A DNA stretch of 53,983 bases from an uncultured Saprospiraceae bacterium (GCA_964596135.1 CAZQTF010000001.1:1-53983), one strand, 5' to 3'; numbered from the stretch's first letter, positions 27,563 to 37,240 are shown. Notes: generated by a model from the sequence alone, not told the origin. Numbers and translations are program-made.

Positions 27563-28207
27563 TTACTGCAAAAAACCCGGCGTAGCAGGTCCTTTCAATA
27601 ACTGGTCGAAAAAATATTGCAATAATCCCGGCTGAAAAGCATATGCAGTTAATATCATAAAAAACAATCCATAAATCGCTCCCCAGAAATGTGTGTTGTG
27701 ACCGATGTTGTCCATGCCGTGCTTTTCCATATAGGAAGAATACCACAGGTAAGCCACGCCAAACAAAACTGCCGGCAGCGGCGGAAAAATAAACCATTCC
27801 CAGGGATTAAACAAAATAAACGCAAAGACCAACGCTGATGTCGCGCCGGAAGCCCCCACTGCCGCATAACCCGGATTGTCCTGATGCTGAAAATAGGTGG
27901 GTATCGTAGAAATCACAATGCCACTCAGGTAGAGCAGAAGATACATCAACCGCCCCAGGCTCGCCCCGAAAATATAAAACATGGCATCTTCGAGGTATTC
28001 CCCGAAAACATATAAAACGTACATATTCACCAGCAAATGTTGCCAGTCGGCATGCACAAAACCATAAGTCAGGAAGCGGTACCATTCGCCGTTTTCTTTT
28101 ATCCGTCGCGGATACAGCATCAGACGGGCTTTGATCTCCGGTTTATTGAATGCCTGATAGGAGATCAGAGCAGTCATAATAATCAGTACGAGCGTTAGGC
28201 TTATCAT
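27563..28207 (-). CDS. rhomboid family intramembrane serine protease
   Basis: 214 aa, polytopic. It has HADWQHLLVNM (the H/N region), the catalytic GASGA (AVGASGATSAL) and a downstream H (GHNTHFWG). Confidence 0.85.
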   Translation of the reverse strand: MISLTLVLIIMTALISYQAFNKPEIKARLMLYPRRIKENGEWYRFLTYGFVHADWQHLLVNMYVLYVFGEYLEDAMFYIFGASLGRLMYLLLYLSGIVISTIPTYFQHQDNPGYAAVGASGATSALVFAFILFNPWEWFIFPPLPAVLFGVAYLWYSSYMEKHGMDNIGHNTHFWGAIYGLFFMILTAYAFQPGLLQYFFDQLLKGPATPGFLQ

Positions 28208-28286
28208 ATTTTATTTGATTTTATGCAATAATACAGGTAAATAAAAACGGAATACAATATTATTTCGGTTTTCATCATTACATTTT

Positions 28287-28760
28287 TCAACTATTATGAT
28301 AGGGTTCGTTTCGCAAAATGGTCATCGCCCGATAAAGCTGTTCTGTAAAAAACAGTCGAACCATCTGGTGTGAAAATGTCATTTTGGATAAAGATAACAT
28401 CGCATTGGCACGCTCATAAACCACTTCGGAAAAGCCGAAGGCGCCGCCAGCCAGAAAAATCAACTTTTTGCCGGTTAGTTGCAGTTTCTGCTCCAGAAAT
28501 CGCGCGAATTCTTCCGAGGTATATGATTTGCCTTTCTCATCGAGCAAGATAAAAAAATCCTCTTTTCGCAAACGGCGGAGTACAATCTCGCTCTCTTTTT
28601 GCTTGAGCTGCTCACTGTCCCATTTTCCGGCATTTTTCACTTCGGGCAGCGTCGTCATTTCAAAAGGAATATAATGTCGCAATCGTTGTAAATAAATTCC
28701 GATTCCTTCTTCCAGATATTTTTCATTGGTTTTTCCAATAACCCAAAATTCAATTTTCAT
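28287..28760 (-). CDS. rlmH: 23S rRNA (pseudouridine1915-N3)-methyltransferase RlmH
   Basis: 157 aa SPOUT-family protein: MKIEFWVIGKT...LIFLAGGAFGFSE...LSLSKMTFSHQM. Confidence 0.9.
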   Translation of the reverse strand: MKIEFWVIGKTNEKYLEEGIGIYLQRLRHYIPFEMTTLPEVKNAGKWDSEQLKQKESEIVLRRLRKEDFFILLDEKGKSYTSEEFARFLEQKLQLTGKKLIFLAGGAFGFSEVVYERANAMLSLSKMTFSHQMVRLFFTEQLYRAMTILRNEPYHNS

Positions 28761-28839
28761 TTTAAGACTCAGGTTGTGGATGATCAGTTTTAATTGAAAA
28801 TCAAGTTCAAATCATTACCAATCATCAATTAATAATTTT

Positions 28840-30528
28840 CTAAAGCAGTTCCAATTCCTCCATCAGAGTATGCCGCTCCGAGAAGTTGGCGCGAAGATTT
28901 TCTACCAACGCATCCGCAATTTCTGCTGCACCCGACTCGTATAATCGGTGAATAATTGCCCGAATTTTTTCCGAAGGCTTCCTGCCGATATGATAATTCA
29001 GATAATGTTGAAATAAGTTATTATACAAATGATAAACGCCTTCTCGGTCATAAGGCAATAATAAGTGTCCAAATTCCTGAACCAGATCGAGTGATTGGGT
29101 TTCATACAAATAGGTAAATAACTCTTTAAGAAATCCTTCTTCATAGTAAATAGCTGCAAGCAGTCGCATTTTTTCTTTAAACGATGGCAAAAGACGCAAG
29201 GTTTCCAACACCTCCGGGAAATAAGCAGTCCAATCGTGCGCCAACCGTTCCCTGAGCATTTTATAATATTCAAAATCAAAAGTTTGTAATAAACGGCGTT
29301 TGCCGAAATGCGCAATGGACGCCAGATCCTGCTCGGAGAGCGCAATTTTGAGCAACGTTTCTTCCAGCAAAGCAATCGTGTCTTTATTTTCGGAGCGCTC
29401 CAGCCCGATATTTGCCAGCATCTTTACCCTTGAGTAGTTACCTTTGCTCAAAGATTGGCGCACTGCAAATAGCAATACTTCTTCATTTGTAATATTCTCA
29501 TTTACAAAATTTTGCACATCTTCTACTCTGCCCAGTTTTTCAAGTAGCGATAGTTTTGCCAGCAGTATTTTTGCCAGTTCTCTTTTTTCAAAAAAGTATC
29601 GGTGGATCTGTCTGTCTAACAAATCGAGCAGTTGTTCGACTTCTTCTTCTTCCGCTGCCATTTCGATCAAAACACGCAAAAAATATTGATCCAACTGCAC
29701 GTTGCGATAGAGCAACTTGGGGCATTCCCGCAGGCAATAAGCCCAAATAGATTCGCGCAAATCGAGCGGCGGCGACAGCTCCAGCACCATCTCCAACACT
29801 TCAAATGCCTCCAGTACCTGCTGCCTGATTTCTTGCTCGAGTGCTTGCAATTTGCGCAACAACGGCGCTATTTTTTCAATAATACTTTGTGCCATCACAA
29901 CCGCTTCGGCGAGATATCGCAGAGTAAGGGCATCTTCGATCTGATGGTGAATTTCCAACAGCATTTTGTAGATGCTGTTAGCCCCCCGCTGATTGAAAGT
30001 GCGGTCGGGGCGGCGGGCGGCAGCGATCGTACTGTCTAATAATTGCAGGTATTTCTCTCGGCTGTCAATATTAGAAACGTTTGGTGCAAAACGAGCTTTC
30101 AACGCCAGGGCAAAATTGCGGTTGGTCTTGGCGTATTGTTTAATGAAAGCTACCAGATCATCGTGATTGACCTGGTCAAGCACTGCGCCGGTGGTCAGGC
30201 GTCGGGGCGTTTCCTCCCCGGCGGCTTCGGGGGCGCGGGCAGCGAGCGTTTGGACTACGTGTTGCCGTAATACCATCAATACGGCTGCAATATGACCGCA
30301 TTGTTTTTCTTCCTGAAAACGATTACAGTCGCAGGTAGTTGCCGTTACTTTGGAGGGGCTGATTTTGGCTTCTACTTCGTAGATTTTTCCATCGCGCACC
30401 TTGGCTATATAGAAATTTCTACTGACTTCCTGTAAATCATGTACCCCTTCCTCTTCCAGCAGTTGCTCGCCCGCCAAAAGAGACGCTTCATCCAGATAAG
30501 ATTCGAGATATTGTAACGGAAAATTCAT
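28840..30528 (-). CDS. SWIM zinc-finger protein with long all-helical C-terminal region
   Basis: ORF 28840..30684, with the likely start at MNFPLQYLESY (ATG 30528). The SWIM CxCxnCxH signature is TCDCNRFQEEKQCGHIAAV. The remaining about 450 aa are helical and repeat-like. Confidence 0.65.
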   Translation of the reverse strand: MNFPLQYLESYLDEASLLAGEQLLEEEGVHDLQEVSRNFYIAKVRDGKIYEVEAKISPSKVTATTCDCNRFQEEKQCGHIAAVLMVLRQHVVQTLAARAPEAAGEETPRRLTTGAVLDQVNHDDLVAFIKQYAKTNRNFALALKARFAPNVSNIDSREKYLQLLDSTIAAARRPDRTFNQRGANSIYKMLLEIHHQIEDALTLRYLAEAVVMAQSIIEKIAPLLRKLQALEQEIRQQVLEAFEVLEMVLELSPPLDLRESIWAYCLRECPKLLYRNVQLDQYFLRVLIEMAAEEEEVEQLLDLLDRQIHRYFFEKRELAKILLAKLSLLEKLGRVEDVQNFVNENITNEEVLLFAVRQSLSKGNYSRVKMLANIGLERSENKDTIALLEETLLKIALSEQDLASIAHFGKRRLLQTFDFEYYKMLRERLAHDWTAYFPEVLETLRLLPSFKEKMRLLAAIYYEEGFLKELFTYLYETQSLDLVQEFGHLLLPYDREGVYHLYNNLFQHYLNYHIGRKPSEKIRAIIHRLYESGAAEIADALVENLRANFSERHTLMEELELL

Positions 30529-30733
30529 TTTCAAAACTCCATAAAAAAAATAAACACCAGAAGGAGAAAGAGGTTTGTTTCTCTCCAAACACTCAAAGTT
30601 AGAGGCAATTAGCTTGCCTTTCAACCATGTACTAAAAAAAAGAAAATTCTTTACATTTGGGAAACATTCAAAATGCCGTTTCATTCACTTACTGGCTGAC
30701 ACTTTGATTTCCTGAAAAGTAAAACATTCCTTT

Positions 30734-31438
30734 GTGACAAAAAACCGTGGAAAACACCCCAATGATGACAAAATTTTCGGGAAAAGATGGCATCCCGCTT
30801 TGCGGGAAGCAGTCAACGACATGTGTTATCTGCTGACGCGGGGCTATGGCAGCAACTCTGCTCTGTCGTTGGTGGGCAATCGTTATCAGCTCAACAACCG
30901 ACAACGTTTAGCGGTACTTCGGATCAGTGCTTCGGACCACAAAATAGAAAACCGCCAGCTCAAAGCTTGCCAGGACGATGAACTGGCAGGGCAAGAGATA
31001 GACATTGACGGTTTTAATCTGTTGGTACTCCTCGAAAGTGCCCTGTCGGGTGCGTATCTTTTCAAGTGCCGGGACGGTACCTACCGCGATATTGCCAGCG
31101 TGCACGGCTCTTACAAACGGGTAATGAAAACCGAAGCAGCCATGGAGTTGGTTGGTAAAACCCTCCAAGAATTGAAAGTTGCCAAAACAACGTGGTGGCT
31201 CGATGCGCCAGTATCCAACAGCGGCCGGCTGAAGGGATTTTTGCAGGAAATTGGTCAAAAAAATGGCTATCCCTGGGAAATGGAATTAGTCAATAATCCC
31301 GACCAGGCATTGGCAAACAGCAAAAAAATTGTGATTTCTTCTGATGGCTGGATTCTCGACCAGGTGTCAAAGTGGTATAATCTTGGCGCTTTTCTGATCG
31401 AGCAAAAGCTCACAAGCGAGCATTTGATTGTAGTTTAA
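30734..31438 (+). CDS. DUF434 domain protein (with C-terminal DUF5616-like region)
   Basis: 234 aa with a GTG start. NRGKHPNDDKIFG...LLTRGYGSNSALSLVGNRYQLNNRQRLAV matches the DUF434 signature as I recall it. Confidence 0.6.
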   Translation: MTKNRGKHPNDDKIFGKRWHPALREAVNDMCYLLTRGYGSNSALSLVGNRYQLNNRQRLAVLRISASDHKIENRQLKACQDDELAGQEIDIDGFNLLVLLESALSGAYLFKCRDGTYRDIASVHGSYKRVMKTEAAMELVGKTLQELKVAKTTWWLDAPVSNSGRLKGFLQEIGQKNGYPWEMELVNNPDQALANSKKIVISSDGWILDQVSKWYNLGAFLIEQKLTSEHLIVV

Positions 31439-32496
31439 AATAACTTCAACTGCCCGATTTTAAACTGCTCGTGCAGGGCAAGATTGTAAGGGCGACGTTC
31501 TTTATCCTTGAAATACAGTTTTTTAGCCAAAGCAACCTGCTGGTGGATCATTTCCGCAATGTTGCCTTGTCCGGTCATGCGCGTACCAAAGCGGCTGTCA
31601 TTGAGCTTGCCCCCATGGCAGTCGCGAATGCGATTCAGCACACGATCGGCACGGTCGGGCATGGTTTTGCGAATCCAGTCTTCAAAAATTTCGGCAATAT
31701 CGCCATTGAGGCGTACCACCGTTGAAGCGATAGACGAGGCGCCCACTTCGGCAACGCGTTCCGCCATCCTTAAAATTTCGTGGTCATTCAAGCCAGGAAT
31801 AATCGGTGCGAGCATCACGTTTACCGGAATGTTGGCTTCCGCCAATTTTTGAATCGTTTTCAAACGACTCGCTACCGACGCCGTGCGTGGTTCCAGGAAT
31901 TGTCGCAGGTCTTCGTTGAGCGTAGTCACAGAAATGGAAACATGTACCAAGTCGCAGGAATTCAACTCTTTGAGCAAATCCAAATCCCTCAGAATCAAGC
32001 TGTTCTTGGTAATAACGCCCACCGGATGGCGGTATTTCCACAATACTTCCAGAATTTGTCGCGTGATCTTGTACTTGCGCTCCGCCGGCTGATAGCAGTC
32101 GGTATTACCGGCGAGCATGATGGGCATGGCTTGCCAGGAAGGCTTTTTGATCGTATTTTCCAGAATCTTCGGAACGCCTTTTTTGACCAAAATTTTTTGT
32201 TCAAAATCCAATCCTGCACTGTAGCCCCAATAGGTATGCGTATTTCGCGCGTAGCAGTAAATGCAGCCATGTTCACAGCCTTGGTAGGGATTGAGCGAAT
32301 ACCCCATGCCGATGTCGGGGCTGTCCACTTTGTTCAAAATGGTTTTGGGATATACTTCAATGTACTCGGTCTTAATTTGAAGACCTTCCTCCCATTCCTC
32401 TGGCGGGACAGGCGCTTTGTCATATTCTAGATTATGATATTTGTTAGGCGTGTTGATCTGCGCCCCCCTACCCTTCAAAAATTGTTGATTGTCCAT
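31435..32496 (-). CDS. PA0069-family radical SAM protein (COG1533, SplB-like)
   Basis: ORF 31435..32559, with the likely start at MDNQQFLKGRGAQ (ATG 32496). It has the CxxxCxxC cluster motif GCEHGCIYCYA. Confidence 0.8.
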   Translation of the reverse strand: MDNQQFLKGRGAQINTPNKYHNLEYDKAPVPPEEWEEGLQIKTEYIEVYPKTILNKVDSPDIGMGYSLNPYQGCEHGCIYCYARNTHTYWGYSAGLDFEQKILVKKGVPKILENTIKKPSWQAMPIMLAGNTDCYQPAERKYKITRQILEVLWKYRHPVGVITKNSLILRDLDLLKELNSCDLVHVSISVTTLNEDLRQFLEPRTASVASRLKTIQKLAEANIPVNVMLAPIIPGLNDHEILRMAERVAEVGASSIASTVVRLNGDIAEIFEDWIRKTMPDRADRVLNRIRDCHGGKLNDSRFGTRMTGQGNIAEMIHQQVALAKKLYFKDKERRPYNLALHEQFKIGQLKLF

Positions 32497-32626
32497 GCAG
32501 GATTGTTGATTGCATTTCAAATTTAAAACAAAAAGTTTGTAAAAACAAATTTTTATCAAACTCCCTAAAAATTTTCTTTATTTTGCTTGGAAACACAGAA
32601 GAACTGCAACACCTTACATCATAACC

Positions 32627-33739
32627 ATGAAGCGAAAAGATTTTTTCAAGGGACTGGCAATTGGCACCATCTCTGCACCCGTGATCATCCGGGCACTGAC
32701 GGGCAACAGCATCGCTCAGAATAATTCGACCGCCAACATCATTAGCGGCAAAAAATACCAGTGGAAAATGGTAACCACCTGGCCCCCCGGTTTTCCGGTT
32801 ATCGGTGAAGCGTGCCAGTTATTTGCCGACGTGGTAAAGTCCATGTCGGGCGGGCGCATGGAAATCCGGGTGTTTGGTGGCGGTGAACTGGTGCCAGCGC
32901 TAGAAACTTTCGATGCGGTGGCAAACGGCACAGCGGAAGTGGGCAACGGCGCGGCTTACTATTGGGCAGGAAAAAGCTCGGCGGCACAATTTTTTGCTTC
33001 GCTACCTTTCGGAATGAATGCCCAGCAGGTAACTTCCTGGATTATTGCGGGCGGCGGCTTACAATTGTGGGAAGAACTATACCGCGACTTTGGGCTGGTG
33101 CCCATGATCGGCGGAAATACCGGTGTACAAATGGGCGGCTGGTTCAACCGAGAAATCAACAGTATCTCTGACTTGCGCGGTTTGAAAATGCGCATTCCCG
33201 GTCTTGGTGGCGATGTATTGGCTAAAGCCGGGGGCTCGCCGGTGCTGCTGGCAGGCGGTGAAATTTACACCAGCCTCGAACTGGGCGTGATTGACGCAGC
33301 CGAGTGGCTAAGCCCTTTCCACGATACCTTGATGGGCTTCCAGGATATTGCCAAATACTACTACTCGCCCGGCTGGCAAGAACCTGGCACGGCACTGGAA
33401 TTTATCTTTAACAAAAAAGCATTTGATGGCTTACCTGCTGATCTTCAGGCAATTATACGTGGAGCAGCCATGCACACCCACGTGTGGATGTTTTCTCAAA
33501 TGGAAGCTAAAAACAGCGAAACTCTTACAAAGCTTCTCCAGGAAGGTGTGGACATTCGCACTTTTCCACAGGAAGTCCTCAACCAACTGCGCGTGTACAC
33601 CAATGAAGTGATCAGCGAGATGACCACCAAAGATGCTTTCACGAAGCGCGTGTACGAATCGTATGATAACTTCCGCAAAAAAGCAACCAATTGGGCGTCC
33701 ATTTCGGAAAAGCAATTTTATAATAGTTTGGAGATTTGA
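32627..33739 (+). CDS. TRAP-type (DctP family) periplasmic solute-binding protein
   Basis: 370 aa with a Tat-like leader MKRKDFFKGLAIGTISAPV. DctP-family segments are FDAVANGTAEVGNGAAYYWAGK and GGWFNREINSISDLRGLKMRIPG. Confidence 0.8.
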   Translation: MKRKDFFKGLAIGTISAPVIIRALTGNSIAQNNSTANIISGKKYQWKMVTTWPPGFPVIGEACQLFADVVKSMSGGRMEIRVFGGGELVPALETFDAVANGTAEVGNGAAYYWAGKSSAAQFFASLPFGMNAQQVTSWIIAGGGLQLWEELYRDFGLVPMIGGNTGVQMGGWFNREINSISDLRGLKMRIPGLGGDVLAKAGGSPVLLAGGEIYTSLELGVIDAAEWLSPFHDTLMGFQDIAKYYYSPGWQEPGTALEFIFNKKAFDGLPADLQAIIRGAAMHTHVWMFSQMEAKNSETLTKLLQEGVDIRTFPQEVLNQLRVYTNEVISEMTTKDAFTKRVYESYDNFRKKATNWASISEKQFYNSLEI

Positions 33740-33838
33740 ATCATCTTTGGCTTTTTATACCAATGACTTTCATCATTCTCATGCAATTCAAAATAGTGTA
33801 CATTTGACACGAACTTTTGAATAAAAATTCGAGGGTGC

Positions 33839-33886
33839 TGAGCATTTGTAATAAAATTCTGATGAATTCAACTTTACAAATGCTCA
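33839..33886 (+). promoter_or_regulatory. 13-bp perfect inverted repeat with nested 5-bp stem, 28 nt upstream of the transporter ATG
   Basis: tgagcatttgtaa (33839-33851) and ttacaaatgctca (33874-33886) are separated by 22 nt. The spacer contains aattc-tgat-gaatt. No U-tract follows. Confidence 0.45.
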
Positions 33887-33913
33887 ATATCCAGCCATCA
33901 AGTTTCCAAAACC

Positions 33914-35554
33914 ATGCACACCGAAGGTTCTACCGAGCAGGCACTTTTGTATTTATTTCTGGCAGCAGCCGTTGGCTCGTTTATCGGCAATCTGAAATTT
34001 CGCGGCAACAGCCTCGGCGTAGCGGCTGTACTCTTCGTGGGGTTGGCCATCGGCGCGATCGAACCGGAAATCAAAATCCCAGATGTGATCAAGCTACTCG
34101 GGCTGGCAATTTTTGTGTATAGCATCGGGCTGAGTTCAGGACCTTCTTTTTTCTCTTCCCTCAAAAGTCGAGGCATCACCAATTTGCTGCTGGCGCTGAC
34201 AGTGCTCACCGTGTTGTCCGTTTTTATTGGATTGGCTTCCTTCTTTTTTGGCTTCGATGCGTCGGGTGCAGCGGGTTTGCTGGCGGGTATTACTACGAAT
34301 ACGCCGGCGCTGGCGGGTTTGTTGGATGCCATTCAGAAAAACGGTGGCGCTGGCGCCGAACTAATGTCCAACAACGCCGTGGTGGGGTATTCCATTTCCT
34401 ATCCGATGGGCGTGCTGGGGCTAATGATTGCGATGGCAATTATGCAACGGCTATTCAGGATCCAATACGATCAGGAATCACAACAACTCAGTAAGGAATT
34501 TCCAACCGGACACCCAATCGTGCACCTTACGCTGGCGATTGAAAATGAACCCGTTATCGGCATGCCGATCCGGGAATTGAAGCATCAGTACCAGATGAAC
34601 GTTCTGTTTGGCCGCTTGCGGCGCAATGAAAAAGACACGCTTTGCAACTGGGATACAACCTTCGAAAAAGACGATCTGGTCGGTGTAATCGGCGAAGAAG
34701 AAGAAGTGGCGCGAGTAGCGGAAATATTGGGACGATTGACAGACCTCGACCTTTCCGAAGATCGCTCGGTGTATGACATTCGGCGCATTTTTGTTTCCAA
34801 CCCAGAGATTGCCGGCAAGACGGTCGCTTCGCTGAATCTTAATGAAACATTTCCAGTCATTCTCACCCGCATCCGCCGGGGCGACGTGGACTCGATGGTG
34901 ACCGCTGATACGGTTTTTGAACTCGGCGATCGCGTACGCATTCTCGCTCGCAAAAAAGACATGAAGCAAATTGCAAAACTCTTCGGCGATTCCTACGAGC
35001 ATATCAGCCACATTGACCTGCTCTCCTTCGGTTTAGGCATGGGGCTGGGTATTCTCATCGGTTCGATTGAAATGACATTGCCAGGCAACATTCTGTTCAG
35101 CTTAGGCTTTGCCGGCGGACCATTAGTAGCGGGGCTGATCTTGTCGTATCTGCGTCGTTCCGGTCCCATCCTCTGGACGCTCCCCTATTCTGCGAATCTT
35201 ACCCTTCGGCAGATCGGGCTGATGCTCATGCTGGCAGCCATCGGCATCAATTCCGGTGCCACCTTTCTTACCACCATGCTCGGCCCGGTAGGACCGTTGA
35301 TGTTCCTTTCCGGTACGATTGTGAGCCTGTTTGGCGGTATGTTAATATTATTTATTGGTTATAAATTTATGAAAATTCCATTTGTTTTGCTTAGCGGCAT
35401 GATCAGCCACCACCCTGCAAATCTCGATTTTGCCAACAACCAGGCACATAATAAAATTCCTACTTATGGTTATGCCCTGGTATATCCTTTATTGCTCATC
35501 GGCAAAATCATTTTTGTGCAAATGCTCTGGCAAGTATTAAAAATTATAGGGTAG
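33914..35554 (+). CDS. YidE/YbjL-type transporter (aspartate:alanine exchanger family) with two central RCK_C/TrkA_C domains
   Basis: 546 aa. N- and C-terminal polytopic halves flank two soluble repeats (IENEPVIGMPIRELK..., VSNPEIAGKTVASLNL...). Confidence 0.8.
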   Translation: MHTEGSTEQALLYLFLAAAVGSFIGNLKFRGNSLGVAAVLFVGLAIGAIEPEIKIPDVIKLLGLAIFVYSIGLSSGPSFFSSLKSRGITNLLLALTVLTVLSVFIGLASFFFGFDASGAAGLLAGITTNTPALAGLLDAIQKNGGAGAELMSNNAVVGYSISYPMGVLGLMIAMAIMQRLFRIQYDQESQQLSKEFPTGHPIVHLTLAIENEPVIGMPIRELKHQYQMNVLFGRLRRNEKDTLCNWDTTFEKDDLVGVIGEEEEVARVAEILGRLTDLDLSEDRSVYDIRRIFVSNPEIAGKTVASLNLNETFPVILTRIRRGDVDSMVTADTVFELGDRVRILARKKDMKQIAKLFGDSYEHISHIDLLSFGLGMGLGILIGSIEMTLPGNILFSLGFAGGPLVAGLILSYLRRSGPILWTLPYSANLTLRQIGLMLMLAAIGINSGATFLTTMLGPVGPLMFLSGTIVSLFGGMLILFIGYKFMKIPFVLLSGMISHHPANLDFANNQAHNKIPTYGYALVYPLLLIGKIIFVQMLWQVLKIIG

Positions 35555-35576
35555 CTTCGCTTTTGGCTTGTTGCCC

Positions 35577-35584
35577 TACCTTTG
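35577..35584 (+). promoter_or_regulatory. Bacteroidota-type -7 promoter box (TAnnTTTG) upstream of mlaE
   Basis: tacctttg lies 100 nt upstream of the mlaE ATG. Confidence 0.4.
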
Positions 35585-35683
35585 CATTGTAAATAATCCG
35601 CTATTCTAAAGATTTTAAATGCATAGCAATTCAACCTTAATCGTCTGAATTGTATTATCTTTGAAGAAGAGCAAATAAAAAAC

Positions 35684-36457
35684 ATGATAAAGGTAAATGA
35701 GGATTGGCGGGCATTCTTGACTGAAACGGGTGACATGACCCGATTTGCCGGGCGCTTTTTTTACGAAGGAATCAAACCACGTTATGAATGGGACGAATTG
35801 TGGCGCCAGTGCTATGAAATTGGAAATAAATCCTTGCCTTTAGTTGGTTTGACCGGTTTTATTATGGGTTTAGTGCTGACCATTCAACTGCGCCCCAATA
35901 TGGCGTATTATGGCGTCGAATCCAAACTGCCAGATATGGTTGCCATCGCAATCGTGCGGGAAATTGGTCCAGTGCTGGCGGCGCTGGTATTTGCCGGAAA
36001 AATAAGTTCGAGCATTGGCGCAGAGCTTGGTTCCATGCGCGTGACCGAACAAATTGACGCGATGGAGGTGTCCGGCACCAATCCGTTCAAGTATCTTGTT
36101 GTAACCCGCATCATTGCTACCACGTTGATGTTGCCAATCCTGACGCTGCTCTCTGATGCCATTTCGCTTTACGGGTGTTACCTTGGCGTCAACATCCGCG
36201 ATGTAGTAAGTTTCAATCTTTTTTACACCCAGGTGTTCGATGCACTGAGTTTCAGCGATGTCATTCCGGCGTTCGTCAAAACGTACTTTTTCGGGTTTGC
36301 CGTTGGTTTGGTGGGCTGTTATAAAGGATATTTTTCGCAAAAAGGCACAGAGGGTGTAGGGCGATCTGCCAACAGTGCAGTGGTAATATCGTCGTTGCTC
36401 ATTTTTATACTTGACTTGGTCGCGGTACAAATTACGGATATTCTGGGAATAAACTGA
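35684..36457 (+). CDS. mlaE: MlaE-family ABC transporter permease
   Basis: 257 aa and polytopic. The motif IVREIGPVLAALVFAGKISSSIGAELGSMRVTEQIDAME is typical of MlaE. Confidence 0.85.
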   Translation: MIKVNEDWRAFLTETGDMTRFAGRFFYEGIKPRYEWDELWRQCYEIGNKSLPLVGLTGFIMGLVLTIQLRPNMAYYGVESKLPDMVAIAIVREIGPVLAALVFAGKISSSIGAELGSMRVTEQIDAMEVSGTNPFKYLVVTRIIATTLMLPILTLLSDAISLYGCYLGVNIRDVVSFNLFYTQVFDALSFSDVIPAFVKTYFFGFAVGLVGCYKGYFSQKGTEGVGRSANSAVVISSLLIFILDLVAVQITDILGIN

Positions 36458-36463
36458 ACTGAT

Positions 36464-37240
36464 ATGCAGGTAGAAGATAGTCCAGCCATACCGAAAACAA
36501 ACAACTCCGCCAAAGAACCGGTGATCGAGGTATCGCATTTAAGCAAAGCTTTTGGCAGCAATCAAGTACTCAATGATTTTAACCTTCAGTTGTTCAAAGG
36601 CGAAAGCGTGGCGGTTTTGGGCAAATCAGGTTCTGGAAAATCCGTGCTGATCAAGTGCATTATTGGGCTATTAAAACCTGATGAAGGCGATATTATCGTG
36701 CTGGGGCAGAACGTGCCAACGCTTAACCAGGAAAATCTGGATGCCCTGCGTGTCAAAGTCGGTTTTTTGTTCCAAAGCAATGCACTGTACGATTCTATGA
36801 CGGTGCGCGAAAATCTGGAATTTCCGCTGCGCCGACATGGCGTTAACCTCCAACAGGTTGATATAAACGCACTGGTCGTAGAGGCACTGAAAAATGTAGG
36901 GCTGGAACATACCATAGATATGATGCCGGTAGAACTATCTGGCGGGATGCGCAAGCGGATCGCGCTGGCGCGTACCCTGATCCTGAAACCAGAAATCATC
37001 CTTTATGATGAACCGACTACTGGACTGGATCCCATTACGGGCAAGGAGATTAGTCTGCTAATGGTCGAAATCCAGAAAAAATATAATACTTCTTCCTTAA
37101 TTATTACCCATGACATGAACTGCGTACGCCGAGTTGCCGACCGGATCGCCCTCTTGCTCGACGGCAAATGCTATACGGAAGGCACATTTGAAACGTTACA
37201 ACGTTCGGGTGATGAAGCAATCAAACAGTTTTTTGAATAA
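36464..37240 (+). CDS. mlaF: MlaF-type ABC transporter ATP-binding protein
   Basis: Walker A GKSGSGKS, signature LSGGMRKR and Walker B IILYDEPT. Confidence 0.85.
   Translation: MQVEDSPAIPKTNNSAKEPVIEVSHLSKAFGSNQVLNDFNLQLFKGESVAVLGKSGSGKSVLIKCIIGLLKPDEGDIIVLGQNVPTLNQENLDALRVKVGFLFQSNALYDSMTVRENLEFPLRRHGVNLQQVDINALVVEALKNVGLEHTIDMMPVELSGGMRKRIALARTLILKPEIILYDEPTTGLDPITGKEISLLMVEIQKKYNTSSLIITHDMNCVRRVADRIALLLDGKCYTEGTFETLQRSGDEAIKQFFE

Noticed and set aside
30529-30684. A 52-aa N-terminal extension of the SWIM ORF in the track (MKRHFECFPNV...).
   Set aside because: The extension is hydrophobic and low in complexity and would consume the divergent promoter region. MNFPLQYLESY at ATG 30528 is a more natural start.
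31435-31438. Convergent genes whose stop codons overlap: TTAA here and CTAA at 26844-26847.
   Set aside because: This is a real feature of the sequence and implies no terminator between the convergent genes. It is common in compact genomes, and I see no further signal.
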